From Bdellovibrionales bacterium (GTDB lineage: Bacteria; Bdellovibrionota; Bdellovibrionia; Bdellovibrionales; UBA1609), in NCBI GenBank assembly GCA_965261545.1, contig CBDHDF010000007.1:416001-480000 (forward strand): DNA of 64,000 nucleotides, written 5' to 3'. The position numbers and the translations under genes were made by a program. This document shows, one piece after another, positions 34,763-44,264 of the stretch (position 1 is the first letter of the stretch; every line of letters begins with the position of its first letter). The notes below the pieces were generated by a model. The model saw only the letters and a list, made by a program, of their open reading frames with translations, ran no database searches and was not told the origin of the DNA.

Positions 34763-35458
34763 ATGAAACTTCCCATAGCAATACCTATATCTGTACCTGT
34801 CATAAGGACTCTTGCTCCACTCCTTGTTGGATTATCTCCACTTTTCATATCTGTTCCAACCTTGGCAAAAAAGTTTATGATCGACCCTGCCCATAGCTCC
34901 ATTGAATTTAGTGTGAAACATTTAGGGATTGCCCCTGTGAAAGGTCGCTTCAAGGTCTTTGAGGGTAGCTTTGATTTTTATGAGAAAACAGGCGTGGCAA
35001 AAAATCTCATAGTGAAGATGGATGTTGACTCCATCGATACCAATGAGTCTAACCGGGACGCCCACCTACGAAGCAAAGACTTTTTTCATGTACGAAATGA
35101 TACATATGATATCATTGAAGAAAATCGGTATCTCATTTTTAAAGCCGCTTCCACCTCTATCAAGAGTAAAGAAATCGCAGGACGCCTTAAAATATTAAAG
35201 ACCACTCGACCGGTCGTACTTACATCTCAGGTACGCCCCCTCAAAAATGGTGCAAATACAGAGAGGATTGGAGTTCAAGCCGAAGGAATGGTAAATCGTC
35301 AACACTTTGGGCTCACTTGGCAAAAGCCCTCCACTGGTTTCTTAGCCAAGGCTGCCGGCAAATTTGTGGGTGATGAAGTCAAAATCATCATCCATGCGTT
35401 AGCCAAACCAGAGCCAGAAAAAAAATCAAAACTAAAGGCAAAACTAAAACATAATTAA
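34763..35458 (+). CDS. YceI family periplasmic protein
   Basis: IDPAHSSIEFSVKHLG, VKGRF, SIDTNESNRDAHLRSKDFF, RQHFGL; start codon uncertain (34697 TTG alternative). Confidence 0.92.
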   Translation: MKLPIAIPISVPVIRTLAPLLVGLSPLFISVPTLAKKFMIDPAHSSIEFSVKHLGIAPVKGRFKVFEGSFDFYEKTGVAKNLIVKMDVDSIDTNESNRDAHLRSKDFFHVRNDTYDIIEENRYLIFKAASTSIKSKEIAGRLKILKTTRPVVLTSQVRPLKNGANTERIGVQAEGMVNRQHFGLTWQKPSTGFLAKAAGKFVGDEVKIIIHALAKPEPEKKSKLKAKLKHN

Positions 35459-35503
35459 AACCATAACTAATAACCATAAAATCCACTCAAAAAGGAGAAA
35501 AAA

Positions 35504-35821
35504 ATGAAAAAAAGAATATCCAAGAAAATTGCTCTCGGCGGACTTATCCTTACAAGTTGCACTCTTTCAGCCATGGAAGCGACCCAAGCAGAAACTCACT
35601 GTAAAGGGGTCGCCACAAAATGGGTGAACGACTGTAAAGCCAATGGACACGGATGCTCCATGCACGCTGAAGCCAACTTTGATGCCAATGAGTGGCTCAA
35701 ACTATCCTCTAAGGATTGCAAACAAGTCCAAGAGGCTATCAAAAACCCTGTCGTCAAACGCTATATAGAACGCATTCAAAAAGGCACTGTGACAGCAGTA
35801 AAACGTGGCAAAAAGTTCTAG
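35504..35821 (+). CDS. DUF2282/BufA1-like RiPP precursor (signal peptide + 4-Cys core)
   Basis: Strong AAGGAG RBS; HCKGVA...NDC...HGC...EW...DC pattern; directly upstream of a DUF692 gene. Confidence 0.82.
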   Translation: MKKRISKKIALGGLILTSCTLSAMEATQAETHCKGVATKWVNDCKANGHGCSMHAEANFDANEWLKLSSKDCKQVQEAIKNPVVKRYIERIQKGTVTAVKRGKKF

Positions 35822-36698
35822 TCACCATCCAATCACAGGGGTGGGGGTCAGTGCCCGACCACAGCACTTTGAAGAACTACTGAATTCAGAGGTTCCTGCT
35901 TTCCCTTGGCTTGAGGTTTTAGCAGATAACTATCTCCATGAAGACAGTATCAGTCACCAAAGGCTTAGGGCTTTGACCCCATCCTACCCCCTTGTCTTTC
36001 ACTGTGTGGGAATGTCTCTTGGATCTTCCACGGACTTTCATTGGGATTATTTAAAAAAACTTAAAAAACTGATTCGCCTTATCAAGCCCCAGTGGATCTC
36101 AGACCATTTATGTTTTTCTTCCTTTGGCCCGTCCCATTACCATGATCTCATTCCCCTCCCCTACACCCAAAGCATGGTCAAACATATAAAGAAGAAGTTG
36201 AGTATTCTCCAAGACTTCTTTGAAATTCCCCTCTTGCTAGAAAATGTAACAAACTATATGAGTTATGCTTCCAATGAAATGAGTGAAGCTGAATTCCTCA
36301 ATGAGATTCTCGCTCACACCCATGTGGACCTACTCCTTGACATCAATAATATATACGTCAATTCATTCAATCATAAGTTTGACCCCTATGCATTTGTGAA
36401 CCAAATTGACTTTTCAAGGGTCAAGCAAATCCACCTTGCAGGCTTCACAGACAATGGGTCTTATCTCGTGGACACGCATTCAAAGCCCGTCCATCAAGAA
36501 GTTCAAAAACTCTACCAACACACACTCCAGCGATCCCATAAGCCCATCCCCGTTTGCTTAGAATGGGACGAAGACATACCAGATTTTCCAACTTTTCAAA
36601 GAGAACAAAAGAAAATAGAACAAATATTTCAGAGCCAAGAAAATATTTTTAGGAGCACCATTGAGCCAAGATATTGCGAAAATCCAACGGGCCTATGA
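35805..36698 (+). CDS. DUF692 multinuclear non-heme iron oxidase (MNIO, BufB-like)
   Basis: WLEVLADNY, HCVGMSLG, WISDHL, LLENV, LLLDINNIYVN, QIHLAG, DTH, LEWD. Confidence 0.94.
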   Translation: MAKSSSHHPITGVGVSARPQHFEELLNSEVPAFPWLEVLADNYLHEDSISHQRLRALTPSYPLVFHCVGMSLGSSTDFHWDYLKKLKKLIRLIKPQWISDHLCFSSFGPSHYHDLIPLPYTQSMVKHIKKKLSILQDFFEIPLLLENVTNYMSYASNEMSEAEFLNEILAHTHVDLLLDINNIYVNSFNHKFDPYAFVNQIDFSRVKQIHLAGFTDNGSYLVDTHSKPVHQEVQKLYQHTLQRSHKPIPVCLEWDEDIPDFPTFQREQKKIEQIFQSQENIFRSTIEPRYCENPTGL

Positions 36699-37362
36699 AA
36701 AGTGGATCACCAAAGGAGCCCCTCAAGAACTCCTTGATGTCCTATCACCTCTCCCCACAATGAATAAAAACATATCTCTTCAAATCTATAAGAACAATTA
36801 CATATCTTCTCTGCTAAAGTCCATGACAGACACATACAGCGCATGTGAGAAGCTTCTAGAAAATGAGACCTTTACAAGGCTGATATTGGATTATATTTCA
36901 CAAACTCCCTCTCCCCACCCCTTACTTTCATCCTATGGTGAAACATTTCCCACCTTTTTGAGCCACTCTGTGATTCATAGAGAAATTCCCTTCTTATCAG
37001 AACTTGCAAGGTATGAATGGACCCTTAAAAAGGTCATTCTTGGTACCTTTCCCTCCCATGAAAAGGGCATAAACTTTTCTTCAAGCCATCCCGTCAGCGA
37101 AATCTGGTCTGCCATCACACACTCTGAAGATATCTTTGAGGACTCCTCTGAGGACAGATCTCAGAGTACCTCTCAAGACAGTTCGAACACTTCCCAAGGT
37201 CGCTCTCAAGACAGTTCCCAGGACAACTCTGATAGAGCCAAAATATCTGAAATACCCGAAGCACCTCCCATGGGCGAAAAACACTTCACCTACTTGATAA
37301 CTAAAACAAACCATGGTTGTAAAACGATCCCTTTCCTCCCTTCTTTGACATCCTTATATTAG
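36661..37362 (+). CDS. DUF2063 (BufC/HvfC-like) MNIO partner protein
   Basis: LQIYKNNY, YGETFPTFL, ELARYEW; overlaps the DUF692 gene. Confidence 0.85.
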   Translation: MSQDIAKIQRAYEKWITKGAPQELLDVLSPLPTMNKNISLQIYKNNYISSLLKSMTDTYSACEKLLENETFTRLILDYISQTPSPHPLLSSYGETFPTFLSHSVIHREIPFLSELARYEWTLKKVILGTFPSHEKGINFSSSHPVSEIWSAITHSEDIFEDSSEDRSQSTSQDSSNTSQGRSQDSSQDNSDRAKISEIPEAPPMGEKHFTYLITKTNHGCKTIPFLPSLTSLY

Positions 37363-37567
37363 GATGAATTTCTTTCAAATCTGTGGATCATTTTAACACA
37401 CCTGATCCAAAAGCAAATAGGCTATTATATTCAATAGGTTAGAGACTCTCACAGGTCTAAAACGACACAAACGACACAAAGCGTATATAAAATATACAAA
37501 TAGCCAGCCTAAGCAGGGCTATTCAATCCTCTGAAAGTCCATACAAAGCACTTTGAGACATCCACTT

Positions 37568-37583
37568 TGGCATGCAATTTGCT
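37568..37583 (+). promoter_or_regulatory. Sigma-54 (-24/-12) promoter motif
   Basis: TGGCATGCAATTTGCT: GG-N10-GC with near-consensus flanks. Confidence 0.65.
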
Positions 37584-37603
37584 ATATAGTAAGTTTCCCC
37601 CCT

Positions 37604-37645
37604 TGGCGACCTGGCCCCCCCTTTTTACCAGGTCGCCATTTTTTT
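37604..37645 (+). terminator. Rho-independent terminator
   Basis: 11-bp perfect stem TGGCGACCTGG/CCAGGTCGCCA followed by T7. Confidence 0.85.
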
Positions 37646-37742
37646 ATCTCCTTGTGCCATCTCGTAAAGCTGAATCTCCCAGATTGTATCCATTACCAGA
37701 TTGTATCCATCATCTGTCAGGCTCACTACTTTTATCTGAGGC

Positions 37743-38654
37743 TCACTTACTTTCTTCAATCACCTCAATACCTAGCTGAGTTTCAATATCTCGTTGTAGC
37801 TTTTCCATGGGGGTAAGAGCTTTAGGAGGAAGTTTGCCATCAGAAAGGCTAAGAGCTTGATAAAGAGTCAGAAATTGTGGGGTATGAGCAAAATTTATCA
37901 TAAAAGTTCGCCTTCCACATTGAGCTCTAAATTGAGTTTCTCCCAAAAAGGATGGATGAGAGTAAAACTTAAAGCTCTTAGAACGAGACTCCAAAACCAT
38001 TTTAAGAGAGGAGGGAACAGACACTGAAGCCACAGACGTCGCCATACATGGCAACTGAATATGAGAGATAGAGTCACCTGCCATACCAATGGTTTTTTTA
38101 TTTAAAAGTAGAGGCTTTTGCCAAAGAACTTGCTCCTCCCAATGGGATATCCATTTTTTCTGAGGTAGAGTTGATAACTTCAACTTCAATTCAATCCAAT
38201 AATTCCTTTTTTCTTTTTTTGGGAATTTTTGCTCAACAGATAAATAGGCTATATAGAGACCAAGCTTATGATTCCTGATAATTTTGTGAATAAAAAGGAA
38301 TTGTTCTCCTCCTTGAGCCTGGAAGTAATCTAAAGTACGAGAGTATTTATCAGAAATAACTTCTCTAAGATCCACTGAAAATCTTCTGTAAATCATGATT
38401 CGTTTTTTTTCTTTTGAACCTCTTGAAATAATATCTCCATGTATTTCATAGTAATCCTCCAGAAAAGATTTTAGAAATGAGTATTCAGCTTCTAAGTTAA
38501 GAGGGACCTCCATAGGCACTTCTTCTTGAAATTGTGATCGAATCCATAGAAGAGCATCCATATCATAGATCAAGGAGTAGGTGACAAGCCCTCCCCAAGA
38601 ACTCAGAGCAAGAAGAAAAATATGATAGAGAATATTTTTCTTTAACAATAACAA
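37743..38654 (-). CDS. Hypothetical membrane-anchored protein
   Basis: 303-aa ORF with an N-terminal hydrophobic helix; AAGGAG RBS; 5 bp after the kinase stop. Confidence 0.65.
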   Translation of the reverse strand: MLLLKKNILYHIFLLALSSWGGLVTYSLIYDMDALLWIRSQFQEEVPMEVPLNLEAEYSFLKSFLEDYYEIHGDIISRGSKEKKRIMIYRRFSVDLREVISDKYSRTLDYFQAQGGEQFLFIHKIIRNHKLGLYIAYLSVEQKFPKKEKRNYWIELKLKLSTLPQKKWISHWEEQVLWQKPLLLNKKTIGMAGDSISHIQLPCMATSVASVSVPSSLKMVLESRSKSFKFYSHPSFLGETQFRAQCGRRTFMINFAHTPQFLTLYQALSLSDGKLPPKALTPMEKLQRDIETQLGIEVIEESK

Positions 38655-38659
38655 ATTTC

Positions 38660-40099
38660 TTAGCTCCTTAGCTCCAATGGAGTTTTCAAAGTCAACTCAA
38701 GGGTGGTTCCCTGGTAAACTTTAGAGTGCACATGAATGGAGCCCCCCCACTCTTTAACTTTCTGACTTACATAGTACAAACCAAGACCTGTGCCTGAAGA
38801 CTTTCCCCTCGTAAAGTGCTCTTCAAAGACCTTATCCAAATCTTCAAAAGGCATTCCCTGTCCATTATCAGTGAAAGTGATTCGACAAAAATCTCCCTCT
38901 GTCACTGCCCGGCATGAGATCAAGCCCTCACAAGGTGGGAGCTGCGCCTCCATACTATTATTCATAATATTAGAAAAACACCGTATAAGTTCCACAGGAG
39001 AACTTATGACCTTAATATTCTCAGGAATCTCGACAACAAACCGAATGCTCTTATTAAGAACCTGCTTCTCCTGAATGAGACTCTGAACCAAGGGTGCCAA
39101 TCTCAAAGAACGAACCTTTCGCTCCATTTGGTAGGGGCTTTGCTCCCCAGGGTTGAGGAGATCACGACTGGTGTCCACAATTCTTTGAATGGAGGATCGA
39201 ACAAGGTCCATTTGAGGGAGAGGCATTTGAAAGTTTCCCTGCATGGCAATATCTAAGGCCATAGCTGGAGACAAAATATCGTGGGCCACTTGCCTTGTGA
39301 TCTTAGAAATCTCTTTCTCTGTTTCTAGTTCCATTTGAGTTTCCTTGAGATCTATACGCAAATCCAACCCCTGTTTCACAAGGTGAACAAGTTCAAGAGT
39401 GACTTTGTCTCCACGATCTTGATCTTCCATGGGAAATTTGTTTTCGGGATTCTGACTCCACTTTTTGAGAATATCCAAAGTGAAAACCAGGGCCTTTTTA
39501 TAACCCAAGAGAGGAAAGATGGCCGCCCCAATCACCAAGGCGATCATCACAAGAATGACAGAGATAAAAAGAGGAGAGAACAAAGTCGCTTGAATGAAGT
39601 GTTGAGGAGCAAGGCATGAACGAATCTTGCCAAGATGAAGACCCTGCATTGTGAGGGAGATTTCAACAGGTTGTAAGCAAGTTGCACCCTCTGAAATCAA
39701 ATTCTCTGAAATCGAACCCTCTGAAAATATCCTAGAAGAGGACTCAAAAGAGGGCTTAGAAACCCACCTGTAAAGACTTTTCCCTTGAACAATAACTTCA
39801 TAGCTAGATATGGGGAAGACCCTTAAACCATGAACGAGTTTTTCCACAAGGACTTCATTTGTTTGGTCAAAAATATTTCGTGCTATTTCATACTCCCACT
39901 GAGAAGCGTAAGCATGAATATCAGAGCGAGCCTTCTCATATTGGGAGTAGAGCAAAGCCATGTAAAGAAAACCCACAAAAAAAGCCACGGACGGGAGTAT
40001 GACAAAAAAGGGTTTTCTAAAAAGCTTCAGCAAGTGATCCTCTTTGGAATGACGACTCTCTGTGATTCCCTTAGGAGTGATACAGATGGGCTTCTTCAC
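38660..40099 (-). CDS. Sensor histidine kinase
   Basis: 2 TM segments; H-box QVAHDI; N-box NIMNNS; DNGQGM; GTGLGL. Confidence 0.92.
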   Translation of the reverse strand: MKKPICITPKGITESRHSKEDHLLKLFRKPFFVILPSVAFFVGFLYMALLYSQYEKARSDIHAYASQWEYEIARNIFDQTNEVLVEKLVHGLRVFPISSYEVIVQGKSLYRWVSKPSFESSSRIFSEGSISENLISEGATCLQPVEISLTMQGLHLGKIRSCLAPQHFIQATLFSPLFISVILVMIALVIGAAIFPLLGYKKALVFTLDILKKWSQNPENKFPMEDQDRGDKVTLELVHLVKQGLDLRIDLKETQMELETEKEISKITRQVAHDILSPAMALDIAMQGNFQMPLPQMDLVRSSIQRIVDTSRDLLNPGEQSPYQMERKVRSLRLAPLVQSLIQEKQVLNKSIRFVVEIPENIKVISSPVELIRCFSNIMNNSMEAQLPPCEGLISCRAVTEGDFCRITFTDNGQGMPFEDLDKVFEEHFTRGKSSGTGLGLYYVSQKVKEWGGSIHVHSKVYQGTTLELTLKTPLELRS

Positions 40100-40202
40100 T
40101 TGTGATGGGCTTCACCAGTGAATCACTTTCACTAGAAAGTGATTCACTTGGGAGTGATAGTAATACCGATACCTTTAGAAGTCACTCTTAAGGGATTGTT
40201 GC

Positions 40203-40646
40203 CTATGGATCCAGTGACAAAAGTTTAAAACCCTTTTGAAGAACCTGGCCCACCTCGGATTTAGGTATTTCATAAATATTAATTTGACCTGTCATGGTTC
40301 CGCATTGTTGAATGTGAAGCGTCCCATCCAAACGATTTTCCTTAGAAAAAATCTGAAGTCCCTTGAGTTCAAGCGCCATGACATCTAAGGGAATGGCTTT
40401 TCCCATACCACACTGAAGACTCCCATCATACTTGTATACAAAAGCTGTTGGAACATTACTGTCATAGGGAGTGGCTATTTTTAAGTCTTCCCCCATGAAA
40501 ATAGAAGAGGAAGGATCCACGGAAGGACGCCTCCTCGTATGGCGACAGTCGGATGAAGAACAGGCAATGAAGAAGATGAAAGATATAAGTAAAAAAAGAC
40601 TCCCATGCATCTGTTTTATGTTCTTTATGTTCATGGTGATGCTCAT
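40203..40646 (-). CDS. Hypothetical lipoprotein
   Basis: Lipobox FIAC; Cys pair in DGSLQC...QQCG; start codon approximate. Confidence 0.65.
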   Translation of the reverse strand: MSITMNIKNIKQMHGSLFLLISFIFFIACSSSDCRHTRRRPSVDPSSSIFMGEDLKIATPYDSNVPTAFVYKYDGSLQCGMGKAIPLDVMALELKGLQIFSKENRLDGTLHIQQCGTMTGQINIYEIPKSEVGQVLQKGFKLLSLDP

Positions 40647-40650
40647 AACT

Positions 40651-41988
40651 TTACTCCTCCTCCCACGGCCAAATATCAACACTTCTCTTCCAACCCATTT
40701 TCAAAGCAAAAAGGTTGGCCCCTTGAGAAATAAAATAAACCTCACCCGTCTTTGCATCCAGAGAGGGAGCACTCGCAATTCCTCTCCCTGGTGAGTATTT
40801 TCCCACTTCGCTACCATGAGTGGCATCAACAACCCTTAGGCCACCTTGGGAAACACCAAAGACCACAAGACCCCTAAAAAACTTGGGTTGGGAAGCCACG
40901 CCATGGATGAGTTTGATTTTCCATAACTCTTTTCCCGACTTTTTGTCTAAAGCTTTTACAAAACCACTGGAGGTTGAGTAAAACAGACGATCCCCTTCAA
41001 TAGTCACTGCCGTGTGGCCACCACCTTCCACTTTCCATAGAGTTTGACCCGTTCGAGCATTAAGGCAAAATAAGTTCCCATCATAGCTGGAAATGTAAAT
41101 ACGATTCCCCTCCTTGACAGGGAAGGCATCAATATCTTGAAACCTTTTATTTTGACTAAGTTGCCTCTCCCAAAGAACTTGCCCCCTCTTGGAAGATCCA
41201 CTGGAGCTTGTGCCACTGGAGTCTTTGCCGCCAGCAACCAATGCGACCAAGAAACCATCCGTAAATCCCACATAGAGAACTCCATCATGAAACAAGGGGC
41301 GACTGGAAGCTTGAATTGTAAGATCCGAAGGACTTGGCCTCGCATAAAGCCATTTTTGACGACCTGTTTGAGTATCTAAAGCATAGACAGTATTATTGCC
41401 CGAGAGAAAATACACAACCCTATTGTGGACAAAGGGCCTTCCAAGGGTAGGATACTTAGTGAAAAAAGTCCATTGGATATCTCCTGTACGAGCATCCAAA
41501 GAGTAAAAATATCCATTGCCCCCTCCAAAGTAGAGGCTGCTCCCGACGAACTGAGCCCCTCCATCCACACCATGGAGAATATGCTTTCTCCAAATAAGAT
41601 CCCCAGACTTACGCTCATAAGCAGACATCCCATCTTTGGCATTACCCTGGTAAAGAATATCATCTGTCACCACAGTTTCCATGCGGTGGTCGTGGAAAAA
41701 ACCCATAGAGCCTTGGGTCGTGGTATCACGAACCCACTTCTTTTCAATCATAAAGTAACGCTCAACAACGGGTTGACCCAAATAGCGACTTAGATGGCTA
41801 CAAGAAGTCAGTCCCCCTAAAAAACCAGCAAGCAATACAAACAGGGCCAGCCGCCACCATAAGCCATCATGTGACCCATATAATCCATGCAATCTATATG
41901 ATCCATACCCATGTAACCTCCACAAGTCCAAGTCATAGATTCTTGAAACGGTATTTTTCTGATATAAGCTATCCATCATCGCTTGCAA
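40651..41988 (-). CDS. PQQ-type beta-propeller lipoprotein, BamB-like
   Basis: Repeated ALDxxTGxxxW motifs; LTSC lipobox; downstream of a YfgM-like gene. Confidence 0.85.
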   Translation of the reverse strand: MQAMMDSLYQKNTVSRIYDLDLWRLHGYGSYRLHGLYGSHDGLWWRLALFVLLAGFLGGLTSCSHLSRYLGQPVVERYFMIEKKWVRDTTTQGSMGFFHDHRMETVVTDDILYQGNAKDGMSAYERKSGDLIWRKHILHGVDGGAQFVGSSLYFGGGNGYFYSLDARTGDIQWTFFTKYPTLGRPFVHNRVVYFLSGNNTVYALDTQTGRQKWLYARPSPSDLTIQASSRPLFHDGVLYVGFTDGFLVALVAGGKDSSGTSSSGSSKRGQVLWERQLSQNKRFQDIDAFPVKEGNRIYISSYDGNLFCLNARTGQTLWKVEGGGHTAVTIEGDRLFYSTSSGFVKALDKKSGKELWKIKLIHGVASQPKFFRGLVVFGVSQGGLRVVDATHGSEVGKYSPGRGIASAPSLDAKTGEVYFISQGANLFALKMGWKRSVDIWPWEEE

Positions 41989-42018
41989 TCTCCATGGTCA
42001 CAGTCATCTTTAAAGAAA

Positions 42019-42876
42019 CTAAGGAACTTGTTTGAATTTCATATACCTAAGATAGACCTTGGCCTGCTTTCCGGCCTCAGTATCCTTATAATCTTGAACT
42101 GCCTGCTCATAAGCCGCCTTGGCTTGCTCCATTTGGCCCAGCTTTTCATGGCTTAATCCTTTTTTAACCCAAACATCTCCATGGAGATAACTGTGCTGTT
42201 TGGAAGAAAGCACCTTACCATAACTGACAATCGCCTTCTCATATTCAGACATCTCTAGCCAAGCCCTTCCAAGCCCCGTATGAATCAGCCCATAAAATAA
42301 GTTGTTTTTCGAAAGATTCGGAGTCATCATAGAGAGGACGCTTTGAGCCTTTTCCCACTTGTTGTACTCGCCATAGAGAGAGGCCAAAAAGAGAGCCCCT
42401 TGAAAAGCTGTGGAAGTACTTAAATGTGATGAAATGACAGAAATGTACTCTTGGGTCACAGACGCAAAATGAGCTTCAAAAATTGCCTCCAGTGACAAAG
42501 AAGAGGCAGCCTTAGAGGAGTTCCTTGAATCCTTGGCTTTATCTCCAGACTTACCATCTGAGAATTCTTTCTCTTTGGTTTGATCTTCTAATTTAGCTTG
42601 ATCCTCTGATTTAGCCTGATTTTCTAACTTCTCCTTAATCTGCACAATTCTCTCTTGAAAGGGAGCCAAAGACTCACTGGCTTTATTTTCCCTGTATTTT
42701 TTAAACAAGTCGGTGGCCGTGAGACCTATACCCAAAAACAAAGCCACGCCAAGGACAATAAGAATGGGAATCTTAAATGCACTTAAAGAATCAAAGGTCT
42801 TGTGCGTTGCTGCAATAAACACATCAGGCTGATGAACTTCTTGCTTTGTTAATTTTTTACTTCGCTTTTTAGTCAT
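42019..42876 (-). CDS. YfgM-like TPR membrane protein
   Basis: Basic N-terminus, PDxF motif, single TM, C-terminal TPR helices; yfgM-bamB order. Confidence 0.8.
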   Translation of the reverse strand: MTKKRSKKLTKQEVHQPDVFIAATHKTFDSLSAFKIPILIVLGVALFLGIGLTATDLFKKYRENKASESLAPFQERIVQIKEKLENQAKSEDQAKLEDQTKEKEFSDGKSGDKAKDSRNSSKAASSLSLEAIFEAHFASVTQEYISVISSHLSTSTAFQGALFLASLYGEYNKWEKAQSVLSMMTPNLSKNNLFYGLIHTGLGRAWLEMSEYEKAIVSYGKVLSSKQHSYLHGDVWVKKGLSHEKLGQMEQAKAAYEQAVQDYKDTEAGKQAKVYLRYMKFKQVP

Positions 42877-42937
42877 TACGACCCCATACTTCCTAGAGGA
42901 TAGTTATAAATTCTATAAATACAAGTATCCTCATTCT

Positions 42938-44077
42938 CTACTTTTGACGTTTTGTCATTTCTCTAAGGGTGGAGAAGGCACGCACTGATTTTCCATTGTG
43001 GAACTTCTTTAAGCCCCCCATGGAGCTAAGCCTTTTTTCAGCAATATAATTTGCCGCACGATCCGTATTTATATTTTTGTCTCTTGCAGTGGAAAAAATT
43101 TGCAACATATTCTCATAGATTTTAGCTGTTTTCTCAAGGGCTCGCTCATGGGAGTAGCCCTCTAGTTCTACAAAAACATTCATAAGCCCTCCCGCATTGG
43201 CCACATAGTCGGGGGCATAAAGAATCCCTAACTCACGGAGAGCCTCACTGTGGTGAGACTCTGCCAATTGATTATTGGCGGCACCTGCAATAATTTTGCA
43301 CTTTAGTTGGACAAGGGTATCATTATTAATAATAGAACCCAGTGCACAGGGAGCAAAAACATCACATTCTTTAGAAACAATTTCGTTGGGGTTCACATTC
43401 TCAATATTGTGCTCTTGACAAAACTTTTTCACCTTTTTCTGATCAATATCCCCCACACTTACAACAGCTCCTTCCTTTATGAGGTCTTGAACAAGGTAAT
43501 AACCCACATTGCCTAAGCCCTGAACGGCAACACGAATATCCTTCAAGCTGTCTTCATTTAACTTTTCCTTGACCGAAGCCTTAATGGCCATAAGAACTCC
43601 ATGGGCTGTGTGCGGACTGGGGTCCCCAGAGCCTCCAAAAACTTTAGGAATACCAGTGACATAGGGAGTCTCCATAAAAACGTACTCCATATCCCTCACG
43701 GTGGTGCCCACATCTTCGGCTGTAATGTATTTCCCTTGAAGAGAGTTAACATAGGCACCAAAAGCACGAAAAAGAAGTTCTGTTTTTTGCTTTTTGGGAT
43801 CCCCAATAATAACCGCTTTGCCTCCCCCAAGGTTGAGCCCTGCGACAGCTGCCTTATAAGTCATACCTTTGGAAAGCCTAAGAACATCCACTAAGGCTTC
43901 ATTCTCACTTTCATAATTCCACATACGAGTGCCACCTAGGGCAGGGCCTAAAGTTGTGTCATGAATAGCAATAATAGCCTTAAGACCCGAAGTCTTATCA
44001 TAACAAAGTACCACTTGTTCATGTTCACCGTGCTTCTCTATAAGCTCAAAGTTCATATATAAATCCTCCGTAGCCAT
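42938..44077 (-). CDS. Leucine dehydrogenase (Glu/Leu/Phe/Val dehydrogenase)
   Basis: AIHDTTLGPALGGTR, LSKGMTYK, GGGKAV, TAEDVG, GLGNVG, GAANNQL, YAPDYVANAGG. Confidence 0.94.
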   Translation of the reverse strand: MATEDLYMNFELIEKHGEHEQVVLCYDKTSGLKAIIAIHDTTLGPALGGTRMWNYESENEALVDVLRLSKGMTYKAAVAGLNLGGGKAVIIGDPKKQKTELLFRAFGAYVNSLQGKYITAEDVGTTVRDMEYVFMETPYVTGIPKVFGGSGDPSPHTAHGVLMAIKASVKEKLNEDSLKDIRVAVQGLGNVGYYLVQDLIKEGAVVSVGDIDQKKVKKFCQEHNIENVNPNEIVSKECDVFAPCALGSIINNDTLVQLKCKIIAGAANNQLAESHHSEALRELGILYAPDYVANAGGLMNVFVELEGYSHERALEKTAKIYENMLQIFSTARDKNINTDRAANYIAEKRLSSMGGLKKFHNGKSVRAFSTLREMTKRQK

Positions 44078-44264
44078 GAGAGAATAGAAAAAGAGGGGGA
44101 TAAGGGCAAGAAAAAAGGTAGGTATCCCAAGTCATTTACCAGCCAGGTTGACACGGCGCATTTTTATTGCCGGGCCATAAAGTACCGTAAGGGTCATAAA
44201 AACCTGAAATCCCCTCAGTTATGGCTGATTTAGAGGGAGCCCAAGAAAGAATCCAAGAATACCC

